64,000 nt of DNA, from contig JANRJK010000013.1 in NCBI GenBank assembly GCA_033764015.1, positions 384,001 to 448,000 on the forward strand. The letters run 5' to 3'. A program made the position numbers and the translations under genes. Below the pieces are notes generated by a model. That model did not search any database, was not told where the DNA came from, and saw only the letters and a list, made by a program, of their open reading frames with translations. This document shows positions 27,450 through 37,315 of this stretch, piece after piece (within the stretch, counting starts at the first letter, position 1; each line of letters begins with the position of its first letter). This DNA comes from Candidatus Sumerlaeia bacterium. Lineage in GTDB: Bacteria; Sumerlaeota; Sumerlaeia; SLMS01; JANRJK01.

Positions 27450-29475
27450 CTTCGCCGCGCTCCTGCTCGCAGCGCTCTGGCTCGTGCTCGGGAGCGCAAC
27501 CGCCCACGCGCAGGAACCGCGCGGCGAACTGGTCAGCGTCTCCCGCGAAGTCTTCCAGTTCGATGTCCCCACCGCGCTGGTGGTCACCGTCCGCAACACC
27601 GGTCCGACCACGTTCTTCCGCCTCACCGCGCTCGAGCAGCCGGCCGGTTGGAGCGTTGCTCAGGATGGATCGCGCAAGCTCATCGAGAACGGCGACGAGG
27701 ACACCTTCACGCTCACGATCACGGCGTCTTCGACCGCGCAAGGCTCGATCAAGTTCCGCTTCTTCGGCGACCGGAACCAGAGCGAGTTCTTTCCGGTGCT
27801 GATCGACGAGGAGGTGGTGCAGGTAACGGCCAAGAACTTCCCCGGGCCCTTTTCGCTGACCGCGCCGGCGGCGAACGCCTCCGGCATCCCCTTCCAGACC
27901 GAGTTCGAGTGGCAAGCGTCCAGCGAGGCCTCCACCTACACGCTGCGCATCCACGCCAACGTGAACGGCCAGCCCTCGGCGAACCCGATCACCCAGATCG
28001 ACGGCATCACGACGCGCTTCTACGAGTTCGACGGCACGGGTCTGTTCGTCGACGGCACCATCTACTGGTGGCGCGTGGGGGCGGTAAACGAAATCGGCGT
28101 CCGGGAGAACACCGGCAGCTTCCGCCGCTTCGCCGTCGCAGAGTCGCCGGAGCCCGGCAGTTTCTCGATCACGACCCCCGTCCCGGGGGGCGAGGCCTCG
28201 CGGGAAGGGCCCTTCGACTGGACCGATTCCACGAACGCGACCAGCTACAACATCGAATTCTACGAAGACTTCGGCGGGCTTCCCGGCGAGACGCCGGTGC
28301 GCGTCTACTCGACGACGTCGTCGCTGCTCGAACTGCCCGGCGATCCGCTGCCCGCGGCGTTCCTGCATATCCGCGTGCTGGCGAAGTCGGGCTCGCGGGA
28401 GCGCGAGAACGCCGGCGGGAAGACGCGGTTCCGCGCTTCGAGCCTCAAGCCATTCAGCCTGATCGGACCGCTCGGCGAATCGCTGGTGGGCCGCACTCCG
28501 GACTTCGCGTGGCAGAGCGTGCAGCCCGCGTTCGAGTTCCAGGAGCATGTGCTCCGGATCTACCGCACCGGCGAAGCCGCGCCGGACCGCACCTACTCGA
28601 CGGCGCTCGGGGTGTTCACCGTGCCCGGGAACGAGCCGCTGAACACCGGCACGCGCTACGAGTGGGACGTCGAGGCCGTGGGCCAGACGGAGCGGCGTTT
28701 CAACGAGGGGGGCCGGGGCGCCTTCATCACCTCCTTCGTCGATGCGTTCGAACTGATCTCCCCGGAGCCTGACGCGGTCGGCGTCGCGGAGACGCCCTCG
28801 TTCTCTTGGCAGCCGTCGCCCGGGGCGTCCGGCTACAACCTCTGGCTCTTCGGCAACCTGAACGGGCAGCCGGACTTCAACAACGCGTTCGTCAGCCCGG
28901 TGCTCACGGAGACGAACTGGACGTCGACGCTGGGGCCGCTCGGCGTGGGGCAGACGTACTTCTGGAGGGTGGTCGCCACGGACGGAACCGCGTTCCGAGA
29001 GAACAACGGCGGCATCCGCAAGTTCACCACGCTGAACATCCCGCCCTTCAGCCTGCAGAGCCCCGCGAACAGCGTCGCAGGCGTCGCGACGGAGCCGACG
29101 CTTTTCTGGAGCGCCGCCCAGAACGCCACGCGATACCGCGTCGACATCGAGTTCCTCGACGGTGCGGATCTGCCGCGCTTCGAGGTCTCGGCTCCCGCGA
29201 CCAGCGCGAACCTTGCGACCTTCGGCGTGCAGCTCAACGGCGAGACCGGCTACCGCTGGAGCGTCACGGCGATCGGCGCCGGAGGCTCGCGGCGATCCAC
29301 TCAGGAGTGGACGTTCACCACTGCGGTCCGGGCCACCGCGACGCGCGAGGACGCGGGCGAAATGGTCGTCGGGCGGCAGCGGCTCAGCGCCCAGGAGCGC
29401 AACGCACTGGGCGTGTTCTCGGGCCAGGGCCAGAACGTCGTGGATGCCGCCGCGCTGGTGCGCCTCGCGCCGTGA
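27424..29475 (+). CDS. Secreted protein with five tandem FN3-like repeats and a degenerate dockerin-like tail
   Basis: Signal peptide AHA-Q; five repeats of F-x-L-x-x-P...F-x-W...Y...Y-x-W-x-V-x-A...F; ends NVVDAAALVRLAP. Confidence 0.8.
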   Translation: MAQTIRQSSFAALLLAALWLVLGSATAHAQEPRGELVSVSREVFQFDVPTALVVTVRNTGPTTFFRLTALEQPAGWSVAQDGSRKLIENGDEDTFTLTITASSTAQGSIKFRFFGDRNQSEFFPVLIDEEVVQVTAKNFPGPFSLTAPAANASGIPFQTEFEWQASSEASTYTLRIHANVNGQPSANPITQIDGITTRFYEFDGTGLFVDGTIYWWRVGAVNEIGVRENTGSFRRFAVAESPEPGSFSITTPVPGGEASREGPFDWTDSTNATSYNIEFYEDFGGLPGETPVRVYSTTSSLLELPGDPLPAAFLHIRVLAKSGSRERENAGGKTRFRASSLKPFSLIGPLGESLVGRTPDFAWQSVQPAFEFQEHVLRIYRTGEAAPDRTYSTALGVFTVPGNEPLNTGTRYEWDVEAVGQTERRFNEGGRGAFITSFVDAFELISPEPDAVGVAETPSFSWQPSPGASGYNLWLFGNLNGQPDFNNAFVSPVLTETNWTSTLGPLGVGQTYFWRVVATDGTAFRENNGGIRKFTTLNIPPFSLQSPANSVAGVATEPTLFWSAAQNATRYRVDIEFLDGADLPRFEVSAPATSANLATFGVQLNGETGYRWSVTAIGAGGSRRSTQEWTFTTAVRATATREDAGEMVVGRQRLSAQERNALGVFSGQGQNVVDAAALVRLAP

Positions 29476-30206
29476 CGACGATCCCCCGGGGGGATTTCCT
29501 CGGCCTGCCGCTCGCCGCGCCGACCGAGGACGAACTGATCGACTACCTGCTTTCCAGCGGCCCGCCGCGCGCCGCGGCCTACCTCAACGCGCATGTGGTG
29601 AACCTCGCCTTCGAATCGCGGGACGCGGCGCGGCTGCTGCGCGCCATGGACCTCGTGTACGCGGATGGCATGTCTGTCGTGCGCGAGGCGCGCCGCGCGG
29701 GGCTCCGCGTGCCGGAGCGCCTCAGCGCCGCGGACTACCTGCTGCGCGTGGCTTGGCGGGCCTCGGCGCAGGGGAAGCGCGTCGCGCTGGTGGGCGGCGC
29801 GCCGGGCGTGGCGGAGCGCTGCGCCAAGGCGCTGCGGCGGGAGGTGCCGGGCTTGCAGGTGTGCGCCACGGCGCACGGGTACTTCAAGGACTCCGGCGCG
29901 GAGCGGCTCGGCGCGCGCGTGGCTTCCGCTCGACCGGACCTGGTGCTTCTAGGGATGGGCACGCCGCGGCAGGAGCGTGTGGCGCTCGCGTGGCGCGCGC
30001 AGGGCGTGGCGCCGGTCCTCTGGTGCGTCGGCGCGCTATTCGAGTACTACGCGGGCACGATGCCGCGCGCGCCGCGCTGGATGTCCGCCAACGGCTTCGA
30101 GTGGCTCTTCCGCCTCGGCGCCGAGCCCCGCCGCATGGCCCGGCGCTACCTCGTGGGCAATCCGCTCTTCCTGTGGCGCGCGCGGCGGGGACGCCCGGCG
30201 CCCTGA
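29472..30206 (+). CDS. WecB/TagA/CpsF family glycosyltransferase
   Basis: YLNAH, ADGM, HGYF, LGMGTPRQE, RAPRWM...EWLFRL...EPRRMARRYL; GTGA overlap with upstream stop. Confidence 0.92.
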   Translation: MTTIPRGDFLGLPLAAPTEDELIDYLLSSGPPRAAAYLNAHVVNLAFESRDAARLLRAMDLVYADGMSVVREARRAGLRVPERLSAADYLLRVAWRASAQGKRVALVGGAPGVAERCAKALRREVPGLQVCATAHGYFKDSGAERLGARVASARPDLVLLGMGTPRQERVALAWRAQGVAPVLWCVGALFEYYAGTMPRAPRWMSANGFEWLFRLGAEPRRMARRYLVGNPLFLWRARRGRPAP

Positions 30207-30216
30207 GGCCGCGTCC

Positions 30217-31986
30217 TCACTCGACCTCGAACTCCTTCTCCGCCAAGCCGCCCTTCATCGCCTCGAAGCGAAGCGTCCCCTTCCCGTCGCCGGAGACGAT
30301 GAACTCCACCGTCACGCGGCCGTTCCCCGGGACTGCGTCCACGCGGAGCCGCTCCGGCCGGTCGTGCTGGAAGTCCACCCGCCCGTGGTCCCGGTCCGTG
30401 ACGATGCCCGACGCGAGCACCTTGAGCCCGCGCCCGGTGATCGTCGCCGAGTTGGCGGGCGTGATCTTGTTCTCCACGTCCTGCTGGAGCCGTGTCGGGG
30501 TGAGGCCGTCGTTCACGATGTCGGCGCGCACCCGCGAAAGGCCGCGCCCGAGCCGCTCGACCGCCACCTCGCCGATCGAAAGGCGCGGCATCTGCTCCGC
30601 GTGGAAGAGCGTGAACACTGTGTTCCGGTGCATCTCCTCCTCGAGGAGGAAGGACGGCGGGACTCGGCCGAACGTCGCATGCGTCCCGCCGACCTCGACC
30701 TCGCCGTACTGGGGATGGGTGTGGGTGGTCCAAGCGGTGAAACCCTGGTCGAGGAGGACGTCGCGGACGAAGCGCATGCGCGCGTTCGCATCCGGGTCCG
30801 GCGTGCGGTGCAGGTTGTCGTTCGACCAGAGTTCGTTCGTGTAGCAGAGGATCCCGAGCCCGCCGTAGAACCACTCCAGCTCGCCGCCCCAGACCGTGTA
30901 GAGGTCCTTCCACGTGATGAGGTAGTCGTAGGCCGGGAGCATCTGCTCGCCGCGCTCGCCGATGAGCTTGTAGAGCGACGCGTCGCCGTCGTGGACCACG
31001 GCGCCTTCGCGCCCGGGGCCGGAGAGGATCATGCCGCCGGCGTTGTGGTAGCTTTGCGCCGCGGCGATGTTGGGCCGCGCGAGCACGTAGTCGCGCACCG
31101 CGCGCGTCTCCGGCAGCGAGAAGGGGTAGCGGTGCGCACCCCCCTGGACGCCCTCCGGCTGCCAGTCCCAGGCCCAGTTGCGGTTGGGATCGTAGCCGCC
31201 CGGGCCGTCCTCGTTCACTTCGCCATCGCCGTCGTTGTCGATGCCCTCGGTGCCGAGGACTTCGAACTCGCCGCGCTCGTCGGGCCCGACGCGGACCATC
31301 AGGCGGTCGGGGAACTGCGGGTCGGGCTTGTGCGTTCCGAACGGTGTGCGGCGGCGCATCTGCGTGATCTGGCCGTCGCCGTCGAGGTCCTCCGGGCCGT
31401 CCTCGTCCACAAGGCCGTCGAGGTCGTTGTCGGTGGGGATCTGGCCGCCTCGCGACGTGTGCGGGTTGTTCGGGTTGTCGAACCAGTAGTCGCGCCCGTC
31501 CGGGTTGATGCTCGGGAGCAGGTAGAAGACCGAGTTGTCGAGCAGCTGGCCGACGCGCTCGACGTTCTCGCGCATCTCGAGCAGGTACCAAGCGGTGTGG
31601 AGCACCACTTCGCCGGCCTGCACCTCGTTGCCGTGGATGTTGCCGTCGATGTACATGGCGGGCTTGGTCGCCGGATCGCCGACCTTGTAGTTGGTCACTT
31701 CGAGGGCTAGGATTTCGCGCCCCTGGTGCGACTCGCCCACCTTCACCACACGGGCGAAGTCAGGGTGCGCCGCGGCGAGCGCCCGCAGGAATCCGTTGAG
31801 GCCGTCCACATCGTAGTAGCGGTTCCACGCGATTTCGACCTTCGGGTGCGACGGCGCGCCGAGGGCGGGGAAGACGTTCTCCGGCGGGACGCGGTAGGCG
31901 GTCTCCGCGGCGGGGGAGTGGGCGGCGGCGAGGATCGCGGCGGCGGCGAGCGTGCAGCGCAGGCTGTTGGTCATGGTCGTGGTCAC
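30217..31986 (-). CDS. Secreted M14 zinc carboxypeptidase (intact active site)
   Basis: DGNIHGNE (HxxE), NPDGR, DPNRNW, SLPETRA, SYHN; DxDxDG calcium loops. Start may be ATG 31974. Confidence 0.92.
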   Translation of the reverse strand: MTTTMTNSLRCTLAAAAILAAAHSPAAETAYRVPPENVFPALGAPSHPKVEIAWNRYYDVDGLNGFLRALAAAHPDFARVVKVGESHQGREILALEVTNYKVGDPATKPAMYIDGNIHGNEVQAGEVVLHTAWYLLEMRENVERVGQLLDNSVFYLLPSINPDGRDYWFDNPNNPHTSRGGQIPTDNDLDGLVDEDGPEDLDGDGQITQMRRRTPFGTHKPDPQFPDRLMVRVGPDERGEFEVLGTEGIDNDGDGEVNEDGPGGYDPNRNWAWDWQPEGVQGGAHRYPFSLPETRAVRDYVLARPNIAAAQSYHNAGGMILSGPGREGAVVHDGDASLYKLIGERGEQMLPAYDYLITWKDLYTVWGGELEWFYGGLGILCYTNELWSNDNLHRTPDPDANARMRFVRDVLLDQGFTAWTTHTHPQYGEVEVGGTHATFGRVPPSFLLEEEMHRNTVFTLFHAEQMPRLSIGEVAVERLGRGLSRVRADIVNDGLTPTRLQQDVENKITPANSATITGRGLKVLASGIVTDRDHGRVDFQHDRPERLRVDAVPGNGRVTVEFIVSGDGKGTLRFEAMKGGLAEKEFEVE

Positions 31987-33686
31987 TCCGCGTCGTCGGT
32001 GCGCAGGACGCGTTCGTCGCGCCCCGCCATGTCGGAGACCAGCCGCACCGTGAGCGTCTTCCCGCCGTCGTTCAGATGCACGACGCGCCGCATCTCCGTG
32101 CGACCACCGTTCCCGGCGAGGGGCTCGAGCTTGATGCGTTCCGGCCCGTCCAGCACGTCCGCGCCTTCGATCTCGATCCGCGTCGGGCGGACGAGGCTCG
32201 AGTAAACGCCTTGGTGCAGCACGTCGGGCAGGAAGCCGTCGTTGCGCACGGCGAGGCGGAGCTCGAACAAGCCGCGCTCGAGGCGCTTCAGCTCGGCGGA
32301 CTCGATGGCGACCTTCGGCGCGCGCCGGGCGGTCTCCATCAGGAAGAGCGTGTGTGTCGTCGCGAGGTCGTCCAGCAGGGCGGGCGGCGGAACGATTCGC
32401 GCATGCGGCGCGAAGCCGCCGGCCTCCGCGTCGTGGTCCGGGAAGTCAGGGTGCTTGATCGGCTTCCAGGCTGCCCAGCCCTGCGGGTCGCGCTCGACGA
32501 GCCAATCGCGGAAGCGCTGCAGCTTCGCGATCTCGCCGTTTTCCGGCAGCGCCTTCTTCTCCTCGTCCGACAGCTCCGGCAGGAGGGCGAGCTGCATGTT
32601 CGAGGTCCAGACCGGCGTGGCGACGGCGAAGCGCCCGAGCGCCACGGAGGCGAACCGCGCGAGGCCGCCCTGCGCGGCATCGGAAGCTCCCGGCGTGGAG
32701 ACTTCGCCCTTGAGACCGAGCGACTTCCGGTACTCTTCCGCCACTTTGCGCAGCAACGGCAGGTCGTTCTTGTTCGGGAGCGAGGAGGGCTTGCGGCCCC
32801 AGCGGCCACCCTTTACGTCGGGGTCCGTGGTCTTCTCCGGGTCCGGCGCCGTGAGGAGGTTGTCCTCCGTGCCGAGGACAACGACGGTTCCGATCTGCGG
32901 ATTGTCATAGAGGAAATCGATCAGCGCGTGGACCTGCGGCTGGTCGGCGGGATTGGACGCGGAACCCTTCTCGAACCAAGGGAAATCGGTGGGGAAGTTG
33001 CGCGCGACACTGACGGCGCCGTCCTCCTCCTCGTTCCAGCGCTCGTCGCCGTCGTTGTCGCGGCCCTCGGACAGGATCAGCCACTCGCCGCGCTCGCCCT
33101 TCATCGCGTCGGCGGGGCGCGCGAAGGCGCCGTCCTTCCCGTCGGCGATGTGGGTGCCGCGGGGGTGCTTGACGCGGATCATGCGGATCGCGCCGTCGCC
33201 GTCCAGGTCCTCCGCGAGGTCCTCGCCGGACTCGCCGTCGTGGTCGGAATCGGACGCGCCGGTCGAGCCCGAGTGGGCGCGCGTCGGCGAGTCGAACCAG
33301 GTGGCGAGTCCCGCCGGGTTCATGTTGGTAACGACGTAGATCGTGTGCTCGGAGAGGAGCTTTTCCGATTCCTCGGAGCCGTCGGCGAGGCGTTCGATGA
33401 AGCGGAGCGCGATCTCGGAGCCGACGATGTGGCGCCCGTCGAGGCCGGCGGCGACCAGCATCGCAGGGCCGCCGGGGCGCTCGGGCCCCGCGCGGAACAG
33501 CCAGACGGGGTTGTCCGCGGCATCGCGGGCCAGCTCGGAGAACTCGAAGGTGTCGAGGTTCGCGGCCGCCGCCCGGCGCAAAACCTGCTCCGTGTCGGCG
33601 GCGGTGCGATAGCCTTCCGCGCCTGCCGTCCCCGTCATCACCGCGAGCGCCGCCGCCAGCGCCCTCCATGCACGTCGTTTCAGCAT
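31983..33686 (-). CDS. Secreted M14 carboxypeptidase homologue lacking zinc ligands
   Basis: Collinear with neighbour (EDLDGDG, GRDNDGD, RNFP, WKPIKHP, GGF) but AGLDGRH replaces GNIHGNE and VLGT replaces SYHN. Start re-assigned to MLKRRAW. Confidence 0.8.
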   Translation of the reverse strand: MLKRRAWRALAAALAVMTGTAGAEGYRTAADTEQVLRRAAAANLDTFEFSELARDAADNPVWLFRAGPERPGGPAMLVAAGLDGRHIVGSEIALRFIERLADGSEESEKLLSEHTIYVVTNMNPAGLATWFDSPTRAHSGSTGASDSDHDGESGEDLAEDLDGDGAIRMIRVKHPRGTHIADGKDGAFARPADAMKGERGEWLILSEGRDNDGDERWNEEEDGAVSVARNFPTDFPWFEKGSASNPADQPQVHALIDFLYDNPQIGTVVVLGTEDNLLTAPDPEKTTDPDVKGGRWGRKPSSLPNKNDLPLLRKVAEEYRKSLGLKGEVSTPGASDAAQGGLARFASVALGRFAVATPVWTSNMQLALLPELSDEEKKALPENGEIAKLQRFRDWLVERDPQGWAAWKPIKHPDFPDHDAEAGGFAPHARIVPPPALLDDLATTHTLFLMETARRAPKVAIESAELKRLERGLFELRLAVRNDGFLPDVLHQGVYSSLVRPTRIEIEGADVLDGPERIKLEPLAGNGGRTEMRRVVHLNDGGKTLTVRLVSDMAGRDERVLRTDDAE

Positions 33687-33769
33687 CGCGCGTCGAACCT
33701 TCGCATTGTCGTTGCCGGGCTGGCTCCGGGCCTGCTCCGGTTTGGTCCGCCACGTTCGGAGTCGTTTCC

Positions 33770-34471
33770 ATGGGTGTCGAGAAGAACAACGGCGCGTGCC
33801 GCCAGCCCCCCGCCCTGCCGGCGTCGCCGCGCAAGGCGCTGGACCACCTTCGCGCATCGGACCCGGCGCTCGACGCGGCCATCGACCGGGTCGGCCCCTT
33901 CGCCCTCGAAGCGCACGAGCCGACGCTGCACGCCTTCTGCGTCGAGATCATCGGCCAGCAGCTTTCCGTCACCGCCGCCTCCGCGATCGCGCGCCGGTTC
34001 AGCGACCGCTTCGGGCGCGGGGACTCCTTCGATCCCGACGCCGTGGTGGCGGCGCCGGTCGAGGAGCTGCGCGCGCTCGGCCTTTCGAACGCGAAGGCGC
34101 GCACGGTGCCCGGGCTCTGCCAGTTCTGGCGGGAGCACCGGCTGACCCCGGAGCGGGCGCGCCGGATGTCCGACGCGGAGCTGCTCGCCCTGCTCACGCA
34201 GGTGAAGGGCATCGGCCCGTGGACCGTGAAGATGTTCCTCATCTTCGCGCTTCGGCGTCCCGACGTGCTGCCGGAGGAGGACCTTGGCCTGCGCGCGGGG
34301 CTGCAGTTGATGCGCGGGCTGCCCGAGCCTCCCGCGCAGAAGGCGGTCCCCGCGATGACCGCCCACTGGGCGCCGTGGCGCACCGTCGGCACCTGGTACG
34401 CCTGGGGGCTGCTCCGGGTGCATCGGCAGGACAAGCTCGCCGCCCGCACCTCGGAGCCGCTCGATGCTTGA
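33770..34471 (+). CDS. alkA: DNA-3-methyladenine glycosylase II (HhH-GPD)
   Basis: IIGQQLSVTAA, LRALGLS, VKGIGPWT HhH, RPDVLPEEDLG, WAPWRT. Confidence 0.9.
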   Translation: MGVEKNNGACRQPPALPASPRKALDHLRASDPALDAAIDRVGPFALEAHEPTLHAFCVEIIGQQLSVTAASAIARRFSDRFGRGDSFDPDAVVAAPVEELRALGLSNAKARTVPGLCQFWREHRLTPERARRMSDAELLALLTQVKGIGPWTVKMFLIFALRRPDVLPEEDLGLRAGLQLMRGLPEPPAQKAVPAMTAHWAPWRTVGTWYAWGLLRVHRQDKLAARTSEPLDA

Positions 34472-35303
34472 AACCGCCACCGGCGCCACCGCGTGGGACG
34501 TCTACTGGTCGGAACGCTGGCGCCGCCGCGCCGCGTGGCTCGACCAGACGCTGCGGACCGAGCCCCCGCGCGGGTGGGCGCGCCTAAACGCGCTGCACCT
34601 CGCGCAGCTCCTGCGGCGGCTCGGCGCGCGGCGCGTACTTGACGCGGCCTGCGGATTGGGGCTCGGCGTCGCGTGCCTCATCGAGGAAGGCTTCGACGCG
34701 CACGGCGCGGACGCCTCCGCCACCGCCGTCGCCCATGCCTCGGAACTGCTCGCGGAGCGCGGCTTGTCGGCGAGGCTTCTGGCCGCGCGCTGGGAAGCGC
34801 TGCCGGACGCGCTCGGCGAGGGGACGCGCTTCGACGCGATCCACTGCGACGCGCTGGTATGGGCGGAGTCGGAGGCGGAGATCGCCGCGGCGGCGCGGGC
34901 CTTCGCCGAACTGCTGCCGCGCGGCGGCCAGGTGCTTTTCCACGGCGTCTTCCCGCTCCTCGACGAGGCGGTGAAGGAACGGCTCCTGCGGGAGGCCGTG
35001 GGCGCCGCGGAGCCGCGCGAAGCCGCCTGCGGTGCGCTGGTCCAGCGCACGTCTTTCCGCCGCGAGGGGGACGCGCTCGTGGAGACGCACACGTTCGCGG
35101 ACGCGGCCGGGACCGAGCGGCGCTGCGAGCTGCGGCAGCTCTTCCGCCACACCTGGCGCGACGTCCGGCGGGCGTTCTCGCAAGCCGGCGAGTGGCGCTT
35201 GGAGCAGGCCGCCACCACGATCGACGGCGCGCGCCGCTTCCACGCGGTCGCCACGCTGATGGCGCATCCCGCCGCCCCCGCGCCGATGGAGGACTTCCTG
35301 TGA
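34464..35303 (+). CDS. Class I SAM-dependent methyltransferase
   Basis: RVLDAACGLG motif I, GADAS, FDAI, LLPRGG. Confidence 0.75.
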   Translation: MLETATGATAWDVYWSERWRRRAAWLDQTLRTEPPRGWARLNALHLAQLLRRLGARRVLDAACGLGLGVACLIEEGFDAHGADASATAVAHASELLAERGLSARLLAARWEALPDALGEGTRFDAIHCDALVWAESEAEIAAAARAFAELLPRGGQVLFHGVFPLLDEAVKERLLREAVGAAEPREAACGALVQRTSFRREGDALVETHTFADAAGTERRCELRQLFRHTWRDVRRAFSQAGEWRLEQAATTIDGARRFHAVATLMAHPAAPAPMEDFL

Positions 35304-36181
35304 GCGCGCGCGGCTACCTTGCGCTGGGACTCGCGCTCGCGCTGGCGGGGTGCGAGGGCGAGGCGTTCCAGCTCGCGGAGGCGGGGCCCCGCCTCCGAAC
35401 CCCTTCCTTGGACGAGTCGTACCGGAGCGAGCGGTCGCGGGAGAGCACGGAGGAGTTCCTCCGCGTGTTCGAGGAGGAGCTGCACCGCTCGCGGCGGGAG
35501 CAGCCGGGCGGCTTGCGGGCGCTGACGCGCTCGCCGCTGCTCGACGGCGTCGCGCAGATCCACGCCGAGGACATGGCCGCGCAGGACTACTTCGCCCACG
35601 ACAGCCCGCAAGGCAACGATGTGGCGGACCGGGCGCGGTCGCTCCATCCCAGGGCAGTGATCCTGGATCTGCGCGAGAACCTCCACATGATCGAGACGAA
35701 CATCCCCGACCCCGCGGCGGAGCGGGCGCGGTTCGCCCAGCGCTCGCTGATGGAGTCCCCCGGCCACCGGGCGAACATCGTCAACACCCAGAGCGTCGAG
35801 TACGGCCTCGGCTACGCGCACGCGGTGCGGGACGGGGTCTTCCACGAGTACTCGGTGCAGGTTTTCGGCATCGTGCTGGGCGAGTTCCGCCAGGAACCCC
35901 CGGCCTCCCTCAACCTGGTCCGCGCGACGACACTCGTCCCATTCATCCCGGCGAGGGGGGACGCCGAGTGGTTCCTCTTCGCGCCGGACCTGCCCCGGCA
36001 GCAGTTCACCCACCCGCTCTTCCCGGACCGTGTGTTCCTGGGCGGGCGCCCGGTGCGGTACGACTCCGAGTACCAGGTTTTCGACATGTTGCCGATGCCC
36101 GCGGGGCGGATGGTGCTGGCCGCCCGGGTGCCCGGGATGCCGCCCGGCTACGGCGAGGTGTGGGAGTTCGAGTCGCGCTGA
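35300..36181 (+). CDS. CAP (SCP-like) domain lipoprotein
   Basis: Lipobox LAGC; AQIHAEDMA..DYFAH, RENL, LMESPGHRANI, GLG, VQVF; GTGA overlap start. Confidence 0.85.
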   Translation: MSARGYLALGLALALAGCEGEAFQLAEAGPRLRTPSLDESYRSERSRESTEEFLRVFEEELHRSRREQPGGLRALTRSPLLDGVAQIHAEDMAAQDYFAHDSPQGNDVADRARSLHPRAVILDLRENLHMIETNIPDPAAERARFAQRSLMESPGHRANIVNTQSVEYGLGYAHAVRDGVFHEYSVQVFGIVLGEFRQEPPASLNLVRATTLVPFIPARGDAEWFLFAPDLPRQQFTHPLFPDRVFLGGRPVRYDSEYQVFDMLPMPAGRMVLAARVPGMPPGYGEVWEFESR

Positions 36182-36202
36182 AGCAGGCGGCTGAACGGCG
36201 CC

Positions 36203-37315
36203 TCAGAACCCGTGCGAACCCGCGGCGCGGCGCCGGTCCAGAGGCGATCCGATTCCCAACAGTCGGGGCGCGGCCTCTGGGCAATAGAGAACATCCGCGG
36301 CGTCAATCACTTGATCGCAACCTACTGGGTTGCAGATCCACGGCGGAGCAGGAGTGGGTGATGGCGGTGCGGAGGATTGCTTGGGGACTAAGTTAACTTC
36401 CCATCTGAATTGTGCATACATGCCTCTTGGGGAATCGTTAGCGATTCCAGGGCTGTTATTGTAGAGGGCCAATCTAACATCGAGAAAGAATGCGTTTGTG
36501 GATTGAAAGGCCGCTTCCTCCCAGTCCAAGACTTCAATTTGTGGGGCCAAGAAGAGGAGTTCCCCCGGGCACATCCGGATTGGGAACAACTGCTTATCCT
36601 CGTCGCTGAGGCGAATGCGGAACCAACTCTCTCTATTGGACTCGGCTGGTCCGTAGATGATGAGTGGAACCGTGCCGTTGTTGGTGATTCCGACCGGCGA
36701 AACCCAAGCCATCCGTTCGTCCAGCGAGATCCAAGCCTCTGGTGTGTCCGAATATATAGGAAAGAGGTCGGGCAATTGCCCGGGCACCGCAACCGGAGTC
36801 GGCGTCGGGGTCGGCACATACCCTTCCGGCGGAAGGACGGTGAGGGAGATGGGAAAGCCATCGCACTGGCAGCAAGTGGGGTCGGCGATGGGGCGGACGT
36901 TTAGCGTATACGTCGTGGGTTGAAGAAGCGTAAAGGACGCTTGGCGTGATGAAAGCGAGAGAACAGAGTCGACTGTAGTTGCAAAGGAAGAGCCGGAGGT
37001 CACGGAGACGGCGTAGAAAGCAAAACCCCCGTTCACTTCACTTCCCCCCGCCCATTCGACCGTCAACGTGTCCCCGGCCTTCATGATGTAGGGCGCTTCA
37101 GTCGGCAAGACCCGAGGGCAAAGCCCGCCTGCCGTGGTGAACGTGATGGTCTCCCCCTCCTCCGCCCCCGCGGGCCCTACCACGGCGCTTGGCAGGATGC
37201 GGACTTCCGGGCGCGGGGCGGCGCCGGTCCAGAGGCGGGTTGCGGCTTCGAGGCAGCCGAGCACAGCGGCTCCCAGCATCGCCATCGCGAGTCGGCGTCG
37301 GATCGAGTGGTTCAT
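36203..37315 (-). CDS. Hypothetical secreted protein with Pro/Thr linkers and dockerin-like tail
   Basis: N-terminal hydrophobic segment (possible lipobox VLGC), PTPTPTP linker, DQVIDAADV near C-terminus; ggaggg RBS-like upstream; lower GC than neighbours. Confidence 0.6.
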   Translation of the reverse strand: MNHSIRRRLAMAMLGAAVLGCLEAATRLWTGAAPRPEVRILPSAVVGPAGAEEGETITFTTAGGLCPRVLPTEAPYIMKAGDTLTVEWAGGSEVNGGFAFYAVSVTSGSSFATTVDSVLSLSSRQASFTLLQPTTYTLNVRPIADPTCCQCDGFPISLTVLPPEGYVPTPTPTPVAVPGQLPDLFPIYSDTPEAWISLDERMAWVSPVGITNNGTVPLIIYGPAESNRESWFRIRLSDEDKQLFPIRMCPGELLFLAPQIEVLDWEEAAFQSTNAFFLDVRLALYNNSPGIANDSPRGMYAQFRWEVNLVPKQSSAPPSPTPAPPWICNPVGCDQVIDAADVLYCPEAAPRLLGIGSPLDRRRAAGSHGF

